Of a DNA stretch of 64,000 nucleotides, positions 39,836 to 52,866 are shown piece after piece. The DNA is from Malacoraja senta (taxonomy: Eukaryota), in contig CM075994.1 in NCBI GenBank assembly GCA_038087875.1, positions 3,350,001 through 3,414,000 on the forward strand. Direction: 5' to 3'. Position 1 is the stretch's first letter, and each line of letters begins with the position of its first letter. Both the position numbers and the translations under genes were made by a program. The notes under the pieces were generated by a model. That model ran no database searches and was not told the DNA's origin. It saw nothing but the letters and a program-made list of their open reading frames with translations.

Positions 39836-41262
39836 CAGTGCAATCACAAAGTATTCAGACCCCTTCATGTTTCCACATTAGGCTACAGCCTTATTTTAAA
39901 AAGGATTACATTTATTGTTTTCAGTCATCAATCTACACATTGATGATAATGAAAGAAGAAGCGAAAACAGGTGTTTAGAAATATTTGGAAAGTAAATAAA
40001 GAAAAATAACTGAAATATCACATTTGCATAATTATTTAGAACCTTTGCTATGACACTCAAAATTGAATTTAGATTCATCCTGCTTCCATTGATATCCTTG
40101 AGATGTTTCTACAACTTGATTGGTGTCCAACAGTGGTAAATTAAATTGAGTTGACATGATTTGGAAAGGCAAACACCTGTTTATATAAGTTCCCACAGTT
40201 GACAGTGCATGTCAGAACAAAAACCATGCCACGAAGTCGAAGGAATTGTCCGTAGACCTCCGAGATGGGATTGTGTCGAGACATAGATCTGGGGAAGGGT
40301 GTGAAACAATTTCTGCAACAATGCAGGTCCCGAAGAGCATAGTGGCCTCCGCCATTCTTAAATGAAAAAATAATTTGGAACCATCACGAAACTTCATAGA
40401 GCTGGCCTCCCTTTGTGGAGGTGTGAGTTCCTCAGTGGAGATGGGAGAACTTTACAGAACGGCAACTATATCTGCAGCACTCCACCAACCAAGCCTCTAC
40501 GGTAGAGTGGATAGACGGAAGCCACTCCTTCGTAAAAGGCACATGACAGCCCGCTTGGTGTTCGCCAAAAGGCATGAGAACAAGATTCTCTGGTCTGATC
40601 AAACCAAGATTGAACTCTTTGCGTGAATGCCAAGCGTCACGTCTTGAGGAAACCAGGCAACGCTCACCACCTGAAGCATGGTGGTGGCAGCATCATGCTG
40701 TGGGGATGTATTTCAGCGGCAGGAACTGGTAGACAATTCAGTATCGAGGGAAATATGAAAGGAGGAATGTACAGAGAGATCCTTGATGAAAACCTGCTCC
40801 AGAGCCTTGTGGACCAGGGGCGGAGGTTCACATTCCAACAGGACAACGACCCTAAGCATACGGCCAAAACAACGCAGGAGGTACACAAAAATGCTGGAGA
40901 AACTCAGCGCGTGCAGCAGCATCTATGGAGCGAAGGAAATAGGCAATGTTTCGGGCCGAAACCTTTCTTCAGATAACGCAGGAGTAGCTATGTGAAAAGT
41001 CTGTGAATGTCCTAGACTGGCACAGCCAGAGTCCGGATATGAACCCGATCGAACATCTCTGGAGGGACCTGAAAATAGCTGTGCATCGACGCTCCCCCTC
41101 CAATCTGACAGAGCTTGAGAGGATCTGCAGAGCACAATGGGTGAAATTACCCAAATACTGGTGTGCCAATCTTGTAGCGTCATACCCATTAGACTTATGG
41201 CTATAATCGTTGCCTAAGGTGCCACAACAAAGTTCAGAGTAAAGAGTATGAATACTTCGTAA
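39836..41262 (+). mobile_element. Decayed Tc1 DD34E transposon; outer right TIR missing; Penelope insert at 40881-40973
   Basis: TA|CAGTG..AAAGTATTCAGACCCC; KSKELSVDLRD HTH start near 40234; [45 protein letters not shown]. Confidence 0.95.
40881..40973 (-). mobile_element. Penelope terminal repeat fragment with a hammerhead core, inserted in the Tc1 transposase
   Basis: Minus strand CTGAAGAAAGGTTTCGGCCCGAAACATTG..CTCCAGCATTTTTGTGTAC. Confidence 0.7.
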
Positions 41263-41603
41263 ACGGTTTATCTTTAATTGGAATTCAAAGACTAAATAAC
41301 ATACTTGGCAGATATGTCATATTCCCAGATGTTAAAAACATAAATCGCCATGAGACATTGGCTGTTGATGAAAAGAATATTGCTAATTTCGTCTGAAAAT
41401 ATAGCAATATTTCGGGGATCTATTTTAAAAGTCACCCGGAAATCATATTTATTCGAAATCTTTAGAGAATGTTCAGATTTATACCACGGAAATAATGCAT
41501 TTATAGCATATTCATCCGTTTCTCAGGGGTTGCTGATAAAATAGACGCCATATCATGCACGCTGAGAGCTGCAATCAATATTTACAGCAATTATATGTTA
41601 CAG

Positions 41604-41639
41604 AAATCGGGAAGCTGACAACTAAACTGCACGAGGCTG
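41604..41639 (+). CDS. Module-2 exon C, 36 nt, phase 1-1: (E)IGKLTTKLHEA
   Basis: attatatgttacag|AAATCGGGAAGCTGACAACTAAACTGCACGAGGCTG|gtaagc. Confidence 0.8.
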
Positions 41640-42340
41640 GTAAGCCTTCCGAGTCCTTTGATTATTCTTAACCATATTCAACAATTCTCAACACCCTTCT
41701 AATGACATTGGATGTTCTGCGGTTTTCCCTTTCACAGTGAAACATTCATTTGTGGAGATTTGTGTGATGTTTCTTGCTCACTTTGCTATTGGATGGGTCG
41801 TACATTGAACATATTCGCCTTCTAGTTTGAGAGACATTTCTGGTTATACATTAATATTAAGTTCAACTTCGATGCTGATACGTAAAATTGCTTTCCCCTC
41901 TCTGGATCAACATTTTTGAAAGCTTATCCGATATACATTCTTCCCATCAACAGTCGTATTTTATATGATGTTGTGTGAATGCAGCGTATTTTTAAATATT
42001 ACCGTATTTTGCATTCACAACTGTCCATGAAAATGTGGTGTTTAAACCCCTTCCTTAGTCGAGACCATATGTTAAAAAATAACCCAGTGAAACGTTTGAA
42101 AATGACATTCGAAAATCTAGTTTTAAGGACGATCGGGTAATATCTAACGTTATTTATCTCAACGTCAAAGTAAATGTATTTGTAAGTAAGATATCCAACT
42201 AGTAGTGATAATTGAATAATCTAAATTACAACGATTAATGTTGAATATCTGTGGCTCAATATACTGGTTTGTATTGAGCTTGATGACACAAGAAGCAACA
42301 GATAAGTGGCACAATTGTTTTTCTGCCAAATTTCCTGCAG

Positions 42341-42367
42341 ATGATGCTCTCAAATCAAAGGATACAG
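42341..42367 (+). CDS. Candidate 27-nt micro-exon, phase 1-1: (D)DALKSKDT
   Basis: tttttctgccaaatttcctgcag|ATGATGCTCTCAAATCAAAGGATACAG|gtaaaa; LxxKD like the B exons. Confidence 0.75.
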
Positions 42368-42489
42368 GTAAAACTAACTTAAATCCTATACTTTTGTTTT
42401 CCACTAACAATGCCCTCTACGACCAGTTTCTTGGGTCAGTCTTCACATTGGGAGACAACAGCATCATGACAAGTTTGTGGATTACACAA

Positions 42490-43292
42490 TTATAGGTGGG
42501 GAGTCAGGTAATGCAAAGGAAGCAGGCAGTCTGCCGAAAAACGTCGACAGATTGGGAGAGTGGGCAAAGAAATGGCAAACAGAATACAGAGTAGCTATGT
42601 GTACGTTTATGCACTTTGATAAAAGCAATAAATACGTAGATTGTTTTCTAAGTGAGGAGAGGTTTCAGATATCTGGGGTGGATTGGGACCTGGAAGTGCC
42701 GGTGATGGATTTCCAAAAGGTTAGTTGGCAGGTTGAGGAAGGCTATTGCACTGTTCGCATACATTTCCAGAGGACTGGGGTTTAAAAGCAAGCAAGTGAG
42801 GCTGCATAAAGAGCAGTTGTGTGCCCCATATCTAGGAAAGTATGCCCTGGCACCATAAGGTGTCCAGGGGAGGTTTACCGGAATGACCCCGGCATGATTG
42901 AGCTAACGTATGAGCGGTGTTTGAAGGCTAATGTCCCACACTCGCTGGAGATTAGAATAAAGGGGGTAGATGTCATTCAAACCAACCGAATAATGAAGGG
43001 ACACGGAGGATATTTCCACAAGTGGGAGAGTCTAGGGCCAGAGCGCATTGCCTTTGGATAATATGTCGTACAGTTATAATGGAGTCCAGGAGGGAATTCT
43101 TTCGGCAGCGTGTGGTGAATCTGTGGAATTCATTGCCACAGACGGCTCTGGAGGCCGTCATTGTGTGTTCTTAAGCAAATATTTGATGGGTTCTTGATTA
43201 CTCAGGGTCAAATGTTACGGGGAGGGGGCAAGAGAATGTGGATGACAGGGAAGAATAGATCAGGTATGATCGAAAGGCAGAGCATACTCGAT
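42490..43292 (+). mobile_element. Old CR1 3' fragment
   Basis: DRLGEWAKKWQTEY..; gtggtgaatctgtggaattcattgccacag. Confidence 0.85.
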
Positions 43293-44280
43293 GCGTCCCC
43301 CCCTATCACGATAACACCCCCACCCCTATCTCTGAAACATCGGTTATCGTCCTTGTAACAATTTGAAACTCTCCACAATCCTCCCTCTCACCCCGTATCC
43401 CTTATTGTAGCATTGCCAAACCAATACCGTCAATTTAAAACTCTGACACGCCCACAATATACCCCGACACACTAATGCGTGCCACGCCCCTCCTCTAACA
43501 CTTGGATGCTCCCTGGGTCTCGTTGTAACACTGTTGTGCAATCCACAACATCCCTACACGCTCTGGTGCACTACACCTCTTCAAAGTGACACTTTGATAT
43601 ACCGCTCAGCCTGCATCTCTGTACCTCTCTGAAACACGCCATACCTTCACGGGATATATTTGATACATATAACATAATTTGAATCACATAATTTCCCCAA
43701 ATGAAATCAGATCAATAGGTACGCCTCTAACATGGCGACCGTTAGGCATCCTTGTCCATTAATCCCGTCGCACAGTACTTGTACCTGCCTTCTATGGCCA
43801 AGTAATTCATGTTTCATATGCCCGCCTGCTCAGTATAACTTTTTGATGCACGGCTCTGCCGTCAGAGCGACAGTCTGATATACTCCATACCCCTCACGGT
43901 AGAACTTTAATACAGCTGGCATCCCTAACTGAATGACACTGAACAGTATGGCTTAATTCTCAGTAATACTGATATTTGATGCTTAATTGCAGTTATTCAT
44001 TTTCGATCCATTTTAATTCCACAGTTCTCGCAATCGCGCCCCACTACATTTATGGATACATTCAACAGAGTTCTGGAGGCATTTGGAGTACCTTCATTAT
44101 TATAGTAAAATGGAAAGCAAAAATAAATATTACATTCGGGAAGGAAATCTTATATTTACTTTACTTATAGGTGTATCATCATTGAGGTAGTGTCACTGTC
44201 GAAATTTTTTATCATGACATTTCTTCCACGAATCAAAATCTAAGCAAAATATTTTTTTTATTTTTATCATTTTATAATAG

Positions 44281-46348
44281 ACATAGAAACATAGAAAATA
44301 TGTGCAGGAGGAGGCTATTCGGCGCTTCGACCAACACCGCCAATCATTGTGATCATTGCTGATCGTCCTAAATGAATAACCCGTGCCTGCCCTCTCCCCA
44401 TATTCCTTGATTCCCCCAGCCCCTAGAGCTCTATCTAACTCTCTCTTAAACCCATCCAGTGATTTGGCCTCCGCTGCCCACTGTGGCAGGGAATTCCACA
44501 AATGCACAACTCTCTGGGTGAAAACGTTTTTTCTCACCTCAGTCTTAAATGGCTTCTCCTTTATTCTAAGACTGGGGCCCCTGGTTCTCGACTCGCCCAA
44601 CATTGGGAACATTTTTCCTGCATCTAGCTTGTCCAGCCCCTTCATAATTGTATATGTTTCTATAAGATATCCCCTCATCCTTCTAAACTCCAGTGAATAC
44701 AAGCCTAGTCTTTTCAATCTTTCCTCATATGACAGTCCGGCCATCCCAGGGATAAATCTCGTGAACCTACACTGCACTGCCTCAATAACAAGGATGTCTG
44801 TCCTCAAATTAGGAGACCAGAACTGTACACAATACTCCAGATGTGGTCTTACCAGAGTATTATACAACAGCAGAAGAACCTCTCTACTGCTATACTGAGA
44901 TCTTCTTGTTATGAAGGCCAACATTCCATTAGCTTTCTTCACTGCCTGCTGTACCTGCACGCCAACTTTCAGTGACCGGTATACAAGGACACGCAGTTCT
45001 CGCTGTACCTCCCCCTTACCTAACCTACGCCCCATGAGATAATAATCTGCCCCATTGTTTTGCCACCAAAAAGGATAACCCCACATTTATCTATATTATA
45101 CTGCATCTGGCACGCATCTGCCCACACGCTCAACCTGTCCAGGTCACCGTGCAACCTCCTAACTTCATCTTCACAGTTCACACTGACACCCAGCTTTGCG
45201 CCATCCGCAAGCTTGCTAGTGCTGCTCCTAATTCCCTCTTCCAAATCATTAATATATATGGTAAACAGTTGCGGCCCCAACACTGAACCTTGCTGCACAC
45301 CACTCGCCACTGCCTGCCATTCTGAAAAAGACCTGTTCACTCCTGCTCTTTGCTTCCTGTCTGCAACCAATTTTCTATCCACGTCAACACCCTACCCCAA
45401 TACCATGTGCTCTAATTTTAGTTACCAGTCTCCCATGCGAGACGTTATCAAAGGCTTTCGGAAAATCTATATACACTACATCCACTGGCCCCCCTTCATC
45501 CATTTTGCTTGTCAAATCCTCAAAAAATTCCAGAAGATTAGTCAAGCGTGATTTTCCTTTCATAAATCCATGCTGACTTGGACTAAACCTTTTACTGCTA
45601 TCCAAATGTCCCATTATTACCTCTTTCATGATTGACTCCAGCATCTTGCCCACTAACGAAGTCAGACTAACTGGCCTGTAATTCCCAGTTTTCTCTCTCG
45701 CGCCTTTCTTGAAAAGTGGGATAACATTAGCTATCCTCCAAACCACAGGAACTAATCTTGAATCTATTGAACATAGGAAAATGATCACCAGTGCGTCCAC
45801 TATTTCTAGAGACACCTCCCTGAGGACCCTGGGATGCAGACCATCAGGCCCAGGGGATTTATCATCCTTCAGTCCCATTAGCCTACCCAATACTATTTCT
45901 CGCCTAATGATAATTTCTTTCAGTTCCTCCCTGCCCTATGATCCTCTGTCCTCCAGTACTTCTGGGAGATTGTTTGTGTCTTCCTTAGTGAAAGCAGATC
46001 CAAAGTACCTGTTCAACTCCTCGGCCATTTCCTTATTCCCCATAATAATTTCACCCGTGTCTGCCTTCAAGGGACCAACATCTGGTTTTGCTGCTCTTTT
46101 TCCCTTAACATATCTAAAGTCCTTCTTTATATTCCTGGCCAGCTTCTCCTCGTACTTCATCTTTTCAGCCCGTATTGCCCGTTTTGTTTCCTTCTGTTGT
46201 CCAATGAAAGTTTGCCAATCCTCTGGCTTCCGACTACTCTTTGCTGTGTTATACATCTTTTCTTTTAATTTTATTCTATCCCTAACTTCTCTTGTCAGCC
46301 ACGATTGCCTCCTACTCCGCTTAGAATCTTTCTTCCTTTTTGGAATGA
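44281..46348 (-). mobile_element. 5'-truncated CR1 LINE
   Basis: ORFs 45936-46256, 45384-45890, 45020-45382 and 44193-45086 (KSPGPDGLHP, NYRPVSLTS, SGVQQGSVLGP, RPHLEYCVQFW); CATAGAAA tail. Confidence 0.97.
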
Positions 46349-46571
46349 ATGTTCCAAATGTGATTATTTTTCTAACCGATGTATCAAATTCAACCTAATA
46401 TTGTACCCTTCCTGAAATAATCCCATTAATGTACGTGCACCTCCAAATGGAGAGGCGAGAATTAATATCTCACTAACACGTAAGTCAAGGTTCTGTGACT
46501 TCCTCTACTTCATTTGACGTAAGTTGGCTGGTGGCTAGGCTGTTGGGGGTTTCCATAAAATATCCCATTAC

Positions 46572-47822
46572 CATATAACCATATAACCATATAACAATTA
46601 CAGCACGGAAACATGCCATCTCGGCCCTTCTACTCCGTGCCGAACACTTACTCTCACCTAGTCCCATCTACCTGCACTCCGACCATAACCCTACATTCCT
46701 TTCCTGTCCATATACCTATCCAATTTATTTTTAAATGATAAAATCGAACCTGCCTCCACCACTTCCACTGGAAGCTCATTCCACACAGCTACCACTCCCT
46801 GGGTAAATACGTTCCCACTCATGTTACCCCTAAACTTCTGTTCCTTGATTCTCAAATCATGACCTCTTGTTTAATTCTTCGTTACTCTCAATGGAAAAAG
46901 CTTACCCACGTCAACTCTGTCTATCCGTCTCATACTTTTAAAGACCTCTATCAAGTCCCCCCTTAACCTTATGCGCTCCAAAGAATAAAGACTTGTTCAA
47001 CCTTTCTCTGTAACTGAGGTGCTGAATCCCAGGCAACATTCTAGTAAATCTCCTCTGTACTCTCTCTATTTTGTTGACATCTTTCCTATAATTTGGCGAC
47101 CAAAATTGTACACCATACTCCAGAATTTGTCCTCACCAATGCCTTCTACAATTTTAACATTACATCCCAACTTCTATACTTAATTTTCTGATTTATAAAG
47201 GCCAGCACATCAAAATATTTATTTACCACCCTATCTACATGAGATTCCACCTTCAGGGAACTATGCACAGTTATTCCTAGATCGCTCTGTTCAACTGCAT
47301 TCCTCAATTAACTACCATTTACCATGTACGTCCTATTTTGATTTGTCCTGCCAAGATGTAGCACCTTACCATCACCTAGCGGGGTCACAACATCGGGGGC
47401 CTGGATCGCCTCAGCGCAGAGGGAGAACAAGGAGGGAAGAGACAAAAACTTTAAGACGTTTGCCTTCCATCACAGTGAGGATGAGCCTGGTGAACTCACT
47501 GTGGTGGATGTTAAATTTGTGTTTATTGTGTGTTTTTGTTATTTTTATTATCTGTATGACTGCAGGCACGAAATTTCGTTCAGACCGAAAGGTCTGAATG
47601 ACAATAAAGGATACTTTACTCTTTTTTTTTAACCTCACACTTATCAGCATTAAACTCCATCTGCCATCTTTCAGCGCACTCTTCCAAATGGCCTAAATCT
47701 CTCTGTAGACTTAGAAAATCTACTTGTTTATCCACAACACCACCTCTTAGTATCATCTGCATACTTACTAATCCAATTTACCACACCATCAGCCAGATCA
47801 TTGATGTATATGACAAACAACA
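46572..47822 (-). mobile_element. CR1 3' part ((TTATATGG)n subfamily) interrupted by a short retroposon
   Basis: CCATATAA repeats at 46571-46595; reverse complement of ~57740-58760; ACCT duplicated around the insert. Confidence 0.92.
47370..47632 (+). mobile_element. 5'-truncated non-autonomous retroposon with a LINE-type hairpin 3' end
   Basis: Ends ATTTCGTTCAGACC-GAAA-GGTCTGAATGACAATAAA; related to 29608-30375. Confidence 0.7.
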
Positions 47823-48162
47823 ACATCATAATCAAAGAAAAGTCAGAAAACTATCCTCAATTATTTTAAAAAAACGAACATCTGTTTACATTACCTATCC
47901 AAAGTCGGTTCACGACCCGAAACGTAATCCATTTCTTCTTTCTAAAGATAATACCTGTATCTCTTTGGTACTCCAGCATTTTGTGTGTATCTGTTTACAT
48001 TATTTCTACCTGCTTGTGGGATACATATTCACTAGGGTGGTACTTGAATATAGCCATAAATAAATATAATTAAAAAACATTGAGAATCTTCTCATTTTAA
48101 TTAGCAGAACAAATGCATCTTGGTTGTTCCGAATGCTGTCCATATTTTCTTTCATTTCTCAG

Positions 48163-48188
48163 AATTGAAATCATTAACAAATACTAAG
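48163..48188 (+). CDS. Candidate 26-nt micro-exon: (E)LKSLTNTK; one base short of phase 1-1
   Basis: attttctttcatttctcag|AATTGAAATCATTAACAAATACTAAG|gtaatt. Confidence 0.6.
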
Positions 48189-48410
48189 GTAATTGGAATC
48201 TACTTGTAGTCGAACTACCATAGAGAAGTCATGGTTTCCGCTGTGGAAAAGTAAAATTTAACTTACAACACAATCTACAGTTAATTGTTAACATGTTAAT
48301 TGACTTATATTTGGTAGAATCTGAACCCTGTCCAAACACATGTTAGAATATATAGGCTGCTGGGGAAAATCCATGATTCAAAATGAGAGGGGAATGATGT
48401 AAAACATACG

Positions 48411-51220
48411 TGAGGGATCACGGAGACATGGCTCCAGGGAGACCATGGCTGGGAGTTGAACATCCAGGGATATTCAATATTCAGGAGGGATAGAGAGAAA
48501 GGAAAAGGAGGTGGGGTAGCGTTGCTGGTTAGAGAGGAGATTAACGCAGTGGAAAGGAAGGACATTAGCTTGGAGGATGTGGAATCGGTATGGGTAGAGC
48601 TGCGAAACACTAAGGGGCAGAAAACGCTGGTGGGTGTTGTGTACAGGCCACCTAGCAGTAGTAGTGAAGTTGGGGATGGCATCAAACTGGAAATTAGAAA
48701 TGCGTGCAACAAAGGCAAAACAGTTATAATGGGTGACTTCAATCTACATATAGATTGGGTGAATCAAATTGGCAGGGGTGCTGAGGAAGAGGATTTCTTG
48801 GAATGTATGCGGGATAGTTATCTAAACCAACATGTAGAGGAACCAACGAGAGAGCAGGCTATTCTAGACTGGGTATTGAGTAATGAGGAAGGGTTAGTTA
48901 GCAGTCTTGTTGTGCGTGCCCCCTTGGGCAAAAGTGACCATAATATGGTTGAGTTCTTCATTAGGATGGAGAGTGACATTGTTAATTCAGCAACAACGGT
49001 TCTGAACTTAAAGAAAGGTAACTTTGAGGGTATGAGACGTGAATTGGCCAAGATTGACTGGCAATTAGTTCTAAAAGGGTTGACGGTGGATATGCAATGG
49101 AAGGCATTTAAAGACTGCATGGATGAACTGCAAAAATTGTTCATCCCTCTTTGGCAAAAGAATAAATCAGGGAAGGTAGTGCATCCGTGGATAACCAGGG
49201 AAATCAGGGATAGTATCAAAGCAAAAGATGATGCGTACAAATTAGCCAGAAAACGCAGCATACCAGAGGACTGGGAGAAATTCAGAGACCAGCAGAGGAG
49301 GACAAAGGGCTTAATTAGGAAAGGGAAAATAGATTATGAAAGAAAACTGGCAGGGAACATAAAAACTGACTGCAAAAGTTTTTATAGATATGTGAAGAGA
49401 AAGAGATTAGTTAAAACAAATGTAGGTCATTTGCAGTCAGAAACAGGTGAATTGATCATGGGGAACAAGGATATGGCGGACCAATTGAATAACTACTTTG
49501 TTTCCGTCTTCAATAAGGAAGACATAAATAATCTGCCGGAAATAGCAGGGGACCGCGGGTCAAAGGAGATGGTGTGAAATCCAGGTTAGTCGGGAAGTGG
49601 TGTTGGGTAAATTGAATGGATTAAAGGCCGATATATCACCAGGGCCAGATGGGCTGCATCCCAGATTACTTAAGGAAGTTGCTCCAGAAATTGTGGATGC
49701 ATTAGTGATAATTTTTCAAAACTCTTTAGATTCTGGAGTAGTTCCTGAAGATTGGAGGGTAGCAAACGTAACCCCACTTTTTAAGAAGGGAGGGAATGAG
49801 AAAACGGGGAATTACAGGCCAGTTAGTCTAACATCGGTAATGGGGAAACCTCTAGAGTCAGTTATTGAAGATGGGATAGCAGCATATTTGGAAAGTGGTG
49901 AAACCATTGAACAAAGTCAGCATGGATTTACGAAAGGAAGATCATGTCTGACGAATCTTATAGAATATTTCGAGGATGTAACTAGTAGAGTGGGTAGGGG
50001 AGAACCAGAGGATGTGTTGTATCTGGACTTTCTGAAGCCTTTCGACAAGGTCCCACATAAGAGATTAGTATATAAACTTAAAGCACACGGTATTGGGGGT
50101 TCAGTATTGATGTGGATAGAGAACTGGCTAGCAAACAGGAATCAAAGAGTAGGAGTAAACGGGTCCTTTTCACAATGGCAGGCAGTGACTAGTGGGGTAC
50201 CGCAAGGCTCAGTGCTGGGACCCCAGCTATTTACAATTTATATTAATGAACTGGATGAGGGAATTGAAGGCAACATCTCCAAGTTTGCGGATGACACTAA
50301 GCTGGGGGGCAATGTTAGCTGTGAGGAGGATGCTAGGAGACTGCAAGGTGACTTGGATAGGCTGGGTGAGTGGGCAAATGTTTGGCAGATGCAGTATAAT
50401 GTGGATAAATGTGAGGTTATCCACTTTGGAGGCAAAAACAGGAAAGCAGACTATTATCTAAATGGTGGACGATTAGGAAAACGGGAGATGCAGCGAGACC
50501 TGGGTGTCATGGTACACCAGTCATTGAAAGTAGGCATGCAGGTGCAGCAGGCAGTGAAGAAAGCGAATGGTATGTTAGCTTTCATAGCAAAAGGATTTGA
50601 GTATAGGAGCAGGGAGTTTCTACTGCAGTTGTACAGGGTCTTGGTGAGACCACACCTGGAGTATTGCGTACAGTTTTGGTCTCCAAATCTGAGGAAGGAC
50701 ATTATAGCCATAGAGGGAGTGCAGAGAAGGTTCTCCAGACTGATTCCTGGGATGTCAGGACTTTCATATGAAGAAAGACTGGATAGACTTGGCTTATACT
50801 CGCTAGAATTTAGGAGATTGAGAGGGGATCTTATAGAAACGTACAAAATTCTTATGGTATTGGACAGGCTAGATACAGGAAGATTGTTCCCGATGTTGGG
50901 GAAGTCCAGGACAAGGGGTCACAGCTTAAGGATAAGGGGGAAATCCTTTAAGACCGAGATGAGAGAAAACTTTTTCACACAGAGAGTGGTGAATCTCTGG
51001 AACTCTCTGCCACAGAGGGTAGTTGAGGCCAGTTAATTCGCTATATTTAAGAGGGAGTTAGATGTGGCTCTTGTGGCTAAAGGGATCAGGGGGTATGGAG
51101 AGAAGGCAGGTACGGGATACTGAGTTGGATGATCAGCCATGATCATATTGAATGGCGGTGCAGGCTCGAAGGGCCGAATGGCCTACTCCTGCACCTATTT
51201 TCTATGTATCTATGTATCTA
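48411..51220 (+). mobile_element. CR1 LINE with near-complete ORF2 (APE endonuclease and RT), disrupted near 49575 and 51035
   Basis: ORF 48456-49577 (GGGVALL, VYRPP, MGDFN, SDHN) and ORF 49597-51036 (GVPQGSVLGP, FADD); CTATGT tail. Confidence 0.98.
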
Positions 51221-51221
51221 T

Positions 51222-51650
51222 CTACACGCTAGAATTTAGAAGATTGAGGCGGGGATCTTATAGTAACTTACAAAATTCTTAAGGGATTGGACAGGCTAGA
51301 TGCAGGAAGATTATTCCCGATGTTGGGGTAGTCCAGAACTAGGGGGTCACAGTTTAAGGATAAGAGGGAAGTCTTTTAGGACCGAGATGAGAAAATCATT
51401 GTTTACACAGAGAGTGGTGAATCTGTGGAATACTCTGCCACAGAAGGTAGTTGAGGCCAGTTCATCGGCTATATTTAAGAGCGATATAGATGTGGCCCTT
51501 GTAGCTAAAGGGGCAGGGGGTATGGAGAGAAGGCAGGGATGGGATACTGAGTTGGATGATCAGCCATGATCATATCGAATGGCGGTGCAGGCTCGAAAGG
51601 CCGAATGGCCTACTCCTGCACCTATTTTCTATGTTTCTATGTTTCTATGT
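51222..51650 (+). mobile_element. Second CR1 3' end in tandem directly after the first tail
   Basis: Diverged repeat of ~50800-51215 ending in (CTATGTTT)3. Confidence 0.93.
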
Positions 51651-51921
51651 CAATATTTTCACACAGAGGTTAGTGGGTTTATGGAACAAGCTGTCCTAAG
51701 AAGCCTTAGAGGCGGTTAAAATTAAAATGTATCAAATATATTGAAACAGCTTTAAAGAGACCAAACGTAGGTGAATGGGACGACGTCAGGTAGATTTCTT
51801 AATTGGCTATGACGTGGTAGGTCAAACGATCTTTATGGCAAAATGACTCTAATGGCATTCAAATATTACAGTATGCTTGAATAATGTTCTGGTATTACAT
51901 GCATTTTGTGCTTATGTGTAG

Positions 51922-51948
51922 AGTGGAATTCTCTTCTTTGATGTATAG
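51922..51948 (+). pseudogene. Module-3 exon A, 27 nt: (E)WNSLL*CI with an in-frame TGA at 51939
   Basis: attttgtgcttatgtgtag|AGTGGAATTCTCTTCTTTGATGTATAG|gtaagc; CTTCTT (LL) aligns with exon 37868. Confidence 0.65.
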
Positions 51949-52296
51949 GTAAGCATAAAACATACCATGCGGTTTCGCCCAACAACTGCTGCTCGTCTGT
52001 AATTAATTAGAAACATTATACGGCGGTTATTTACGAAATAATATTAATGTCATGACTTCGTTTGTTTTAAATACATTTTAGAAAAGTATTCGGATAACTT
52101 ATGCTTCAACTGAAAGTGTAATTACATGATTACATGAATCCGCCATTGCAATTTCGTAATTAATTTGTTAAATTGACCCCTGAATGCGTTTCTCCTCCTT
52201 CACTAGCCATACATGTCGACAGTTTTCATAATTGTGGATACAACTGGGGAGAAAGTTTTGTACAAAACTACTGAATTAATTAATACATTTAAAGTT

Positions 52297-52622
52297 CAAT
52301 TTAGTTTAGTTTACTTTAGATTAGATTAGGTTAAAGATACAGCCCAGAGGCAGGACGTTCGGCCCACCGAGTACGCGCCGACCAACGATCCCTTTACATT
52401 AGCACTATCCTGCACATTTGGGACAATTATCAACGTTTACCGAAGCCAAATAACCTGCAAACCCACAAACGACTTTGGAGTGTGTGAATAAGCCAGAGCA
52501 CCAGGGGAAATCCCACGCTGTCACGGGGAGATCGGAAAAGCATCGTACATGCAACATCCATAGTCTGGATCGAATCCAGGTATCTGGCGCTGGAAGGCAG
52601 TAACTCTACCGCTGTGCCATCG
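52297..52622 (-). mobile_element. V-SINE (HE1-like), older copy
   Basis: GTTTA tail, ttcggcccaccgagt..ccgaccaacgatcc, GGATCGAATCC, ctaccgctgtgcca. Confidence 0.85.
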
Positions 52623-52777
52623 GTGATCTTCATTTTCATTGTCGGTGCACCACACTTTACGGAAATGATGATTCCATCCTCAATCATAACATGTGTTGAA
52701 GATTGTAAATATGATTTCAGCAGGGATCGTAGATCGAGTTTACTGTTATGTAACAAATATTTTTTTCTAACATCATA

Positions 52778-52866
52778 CACACAAAAATCTGGTGTAACTC
52801 AACGGGTCAGACAGCATCTCCGGAAAGAGGAATGGGTGACGTTTCGGGTCGAGACACTTCTTCAGA
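52778..52866 (-). mobile_element. Penelope terminal repeat fragment with a hammerhead core
   Basis: Minus strand TCTGAAGAAGTGTCTCGACCCGAAACGTCACCC. Confidence 0.7.

Noticed and set aside
45709..46398. Long ORFs antisense to CR1 ORF2 (also 44383, 45060, 48305, 48818)
   Set aside because: Shadow frames of LINE coding sequence.
48456..51036. Intact or domesticated reverse transcriptase gene
   Set aside because: Ordinary CR1 ORF2, 5'-truncated, with a break near 49575 and a premature stop at 51036.
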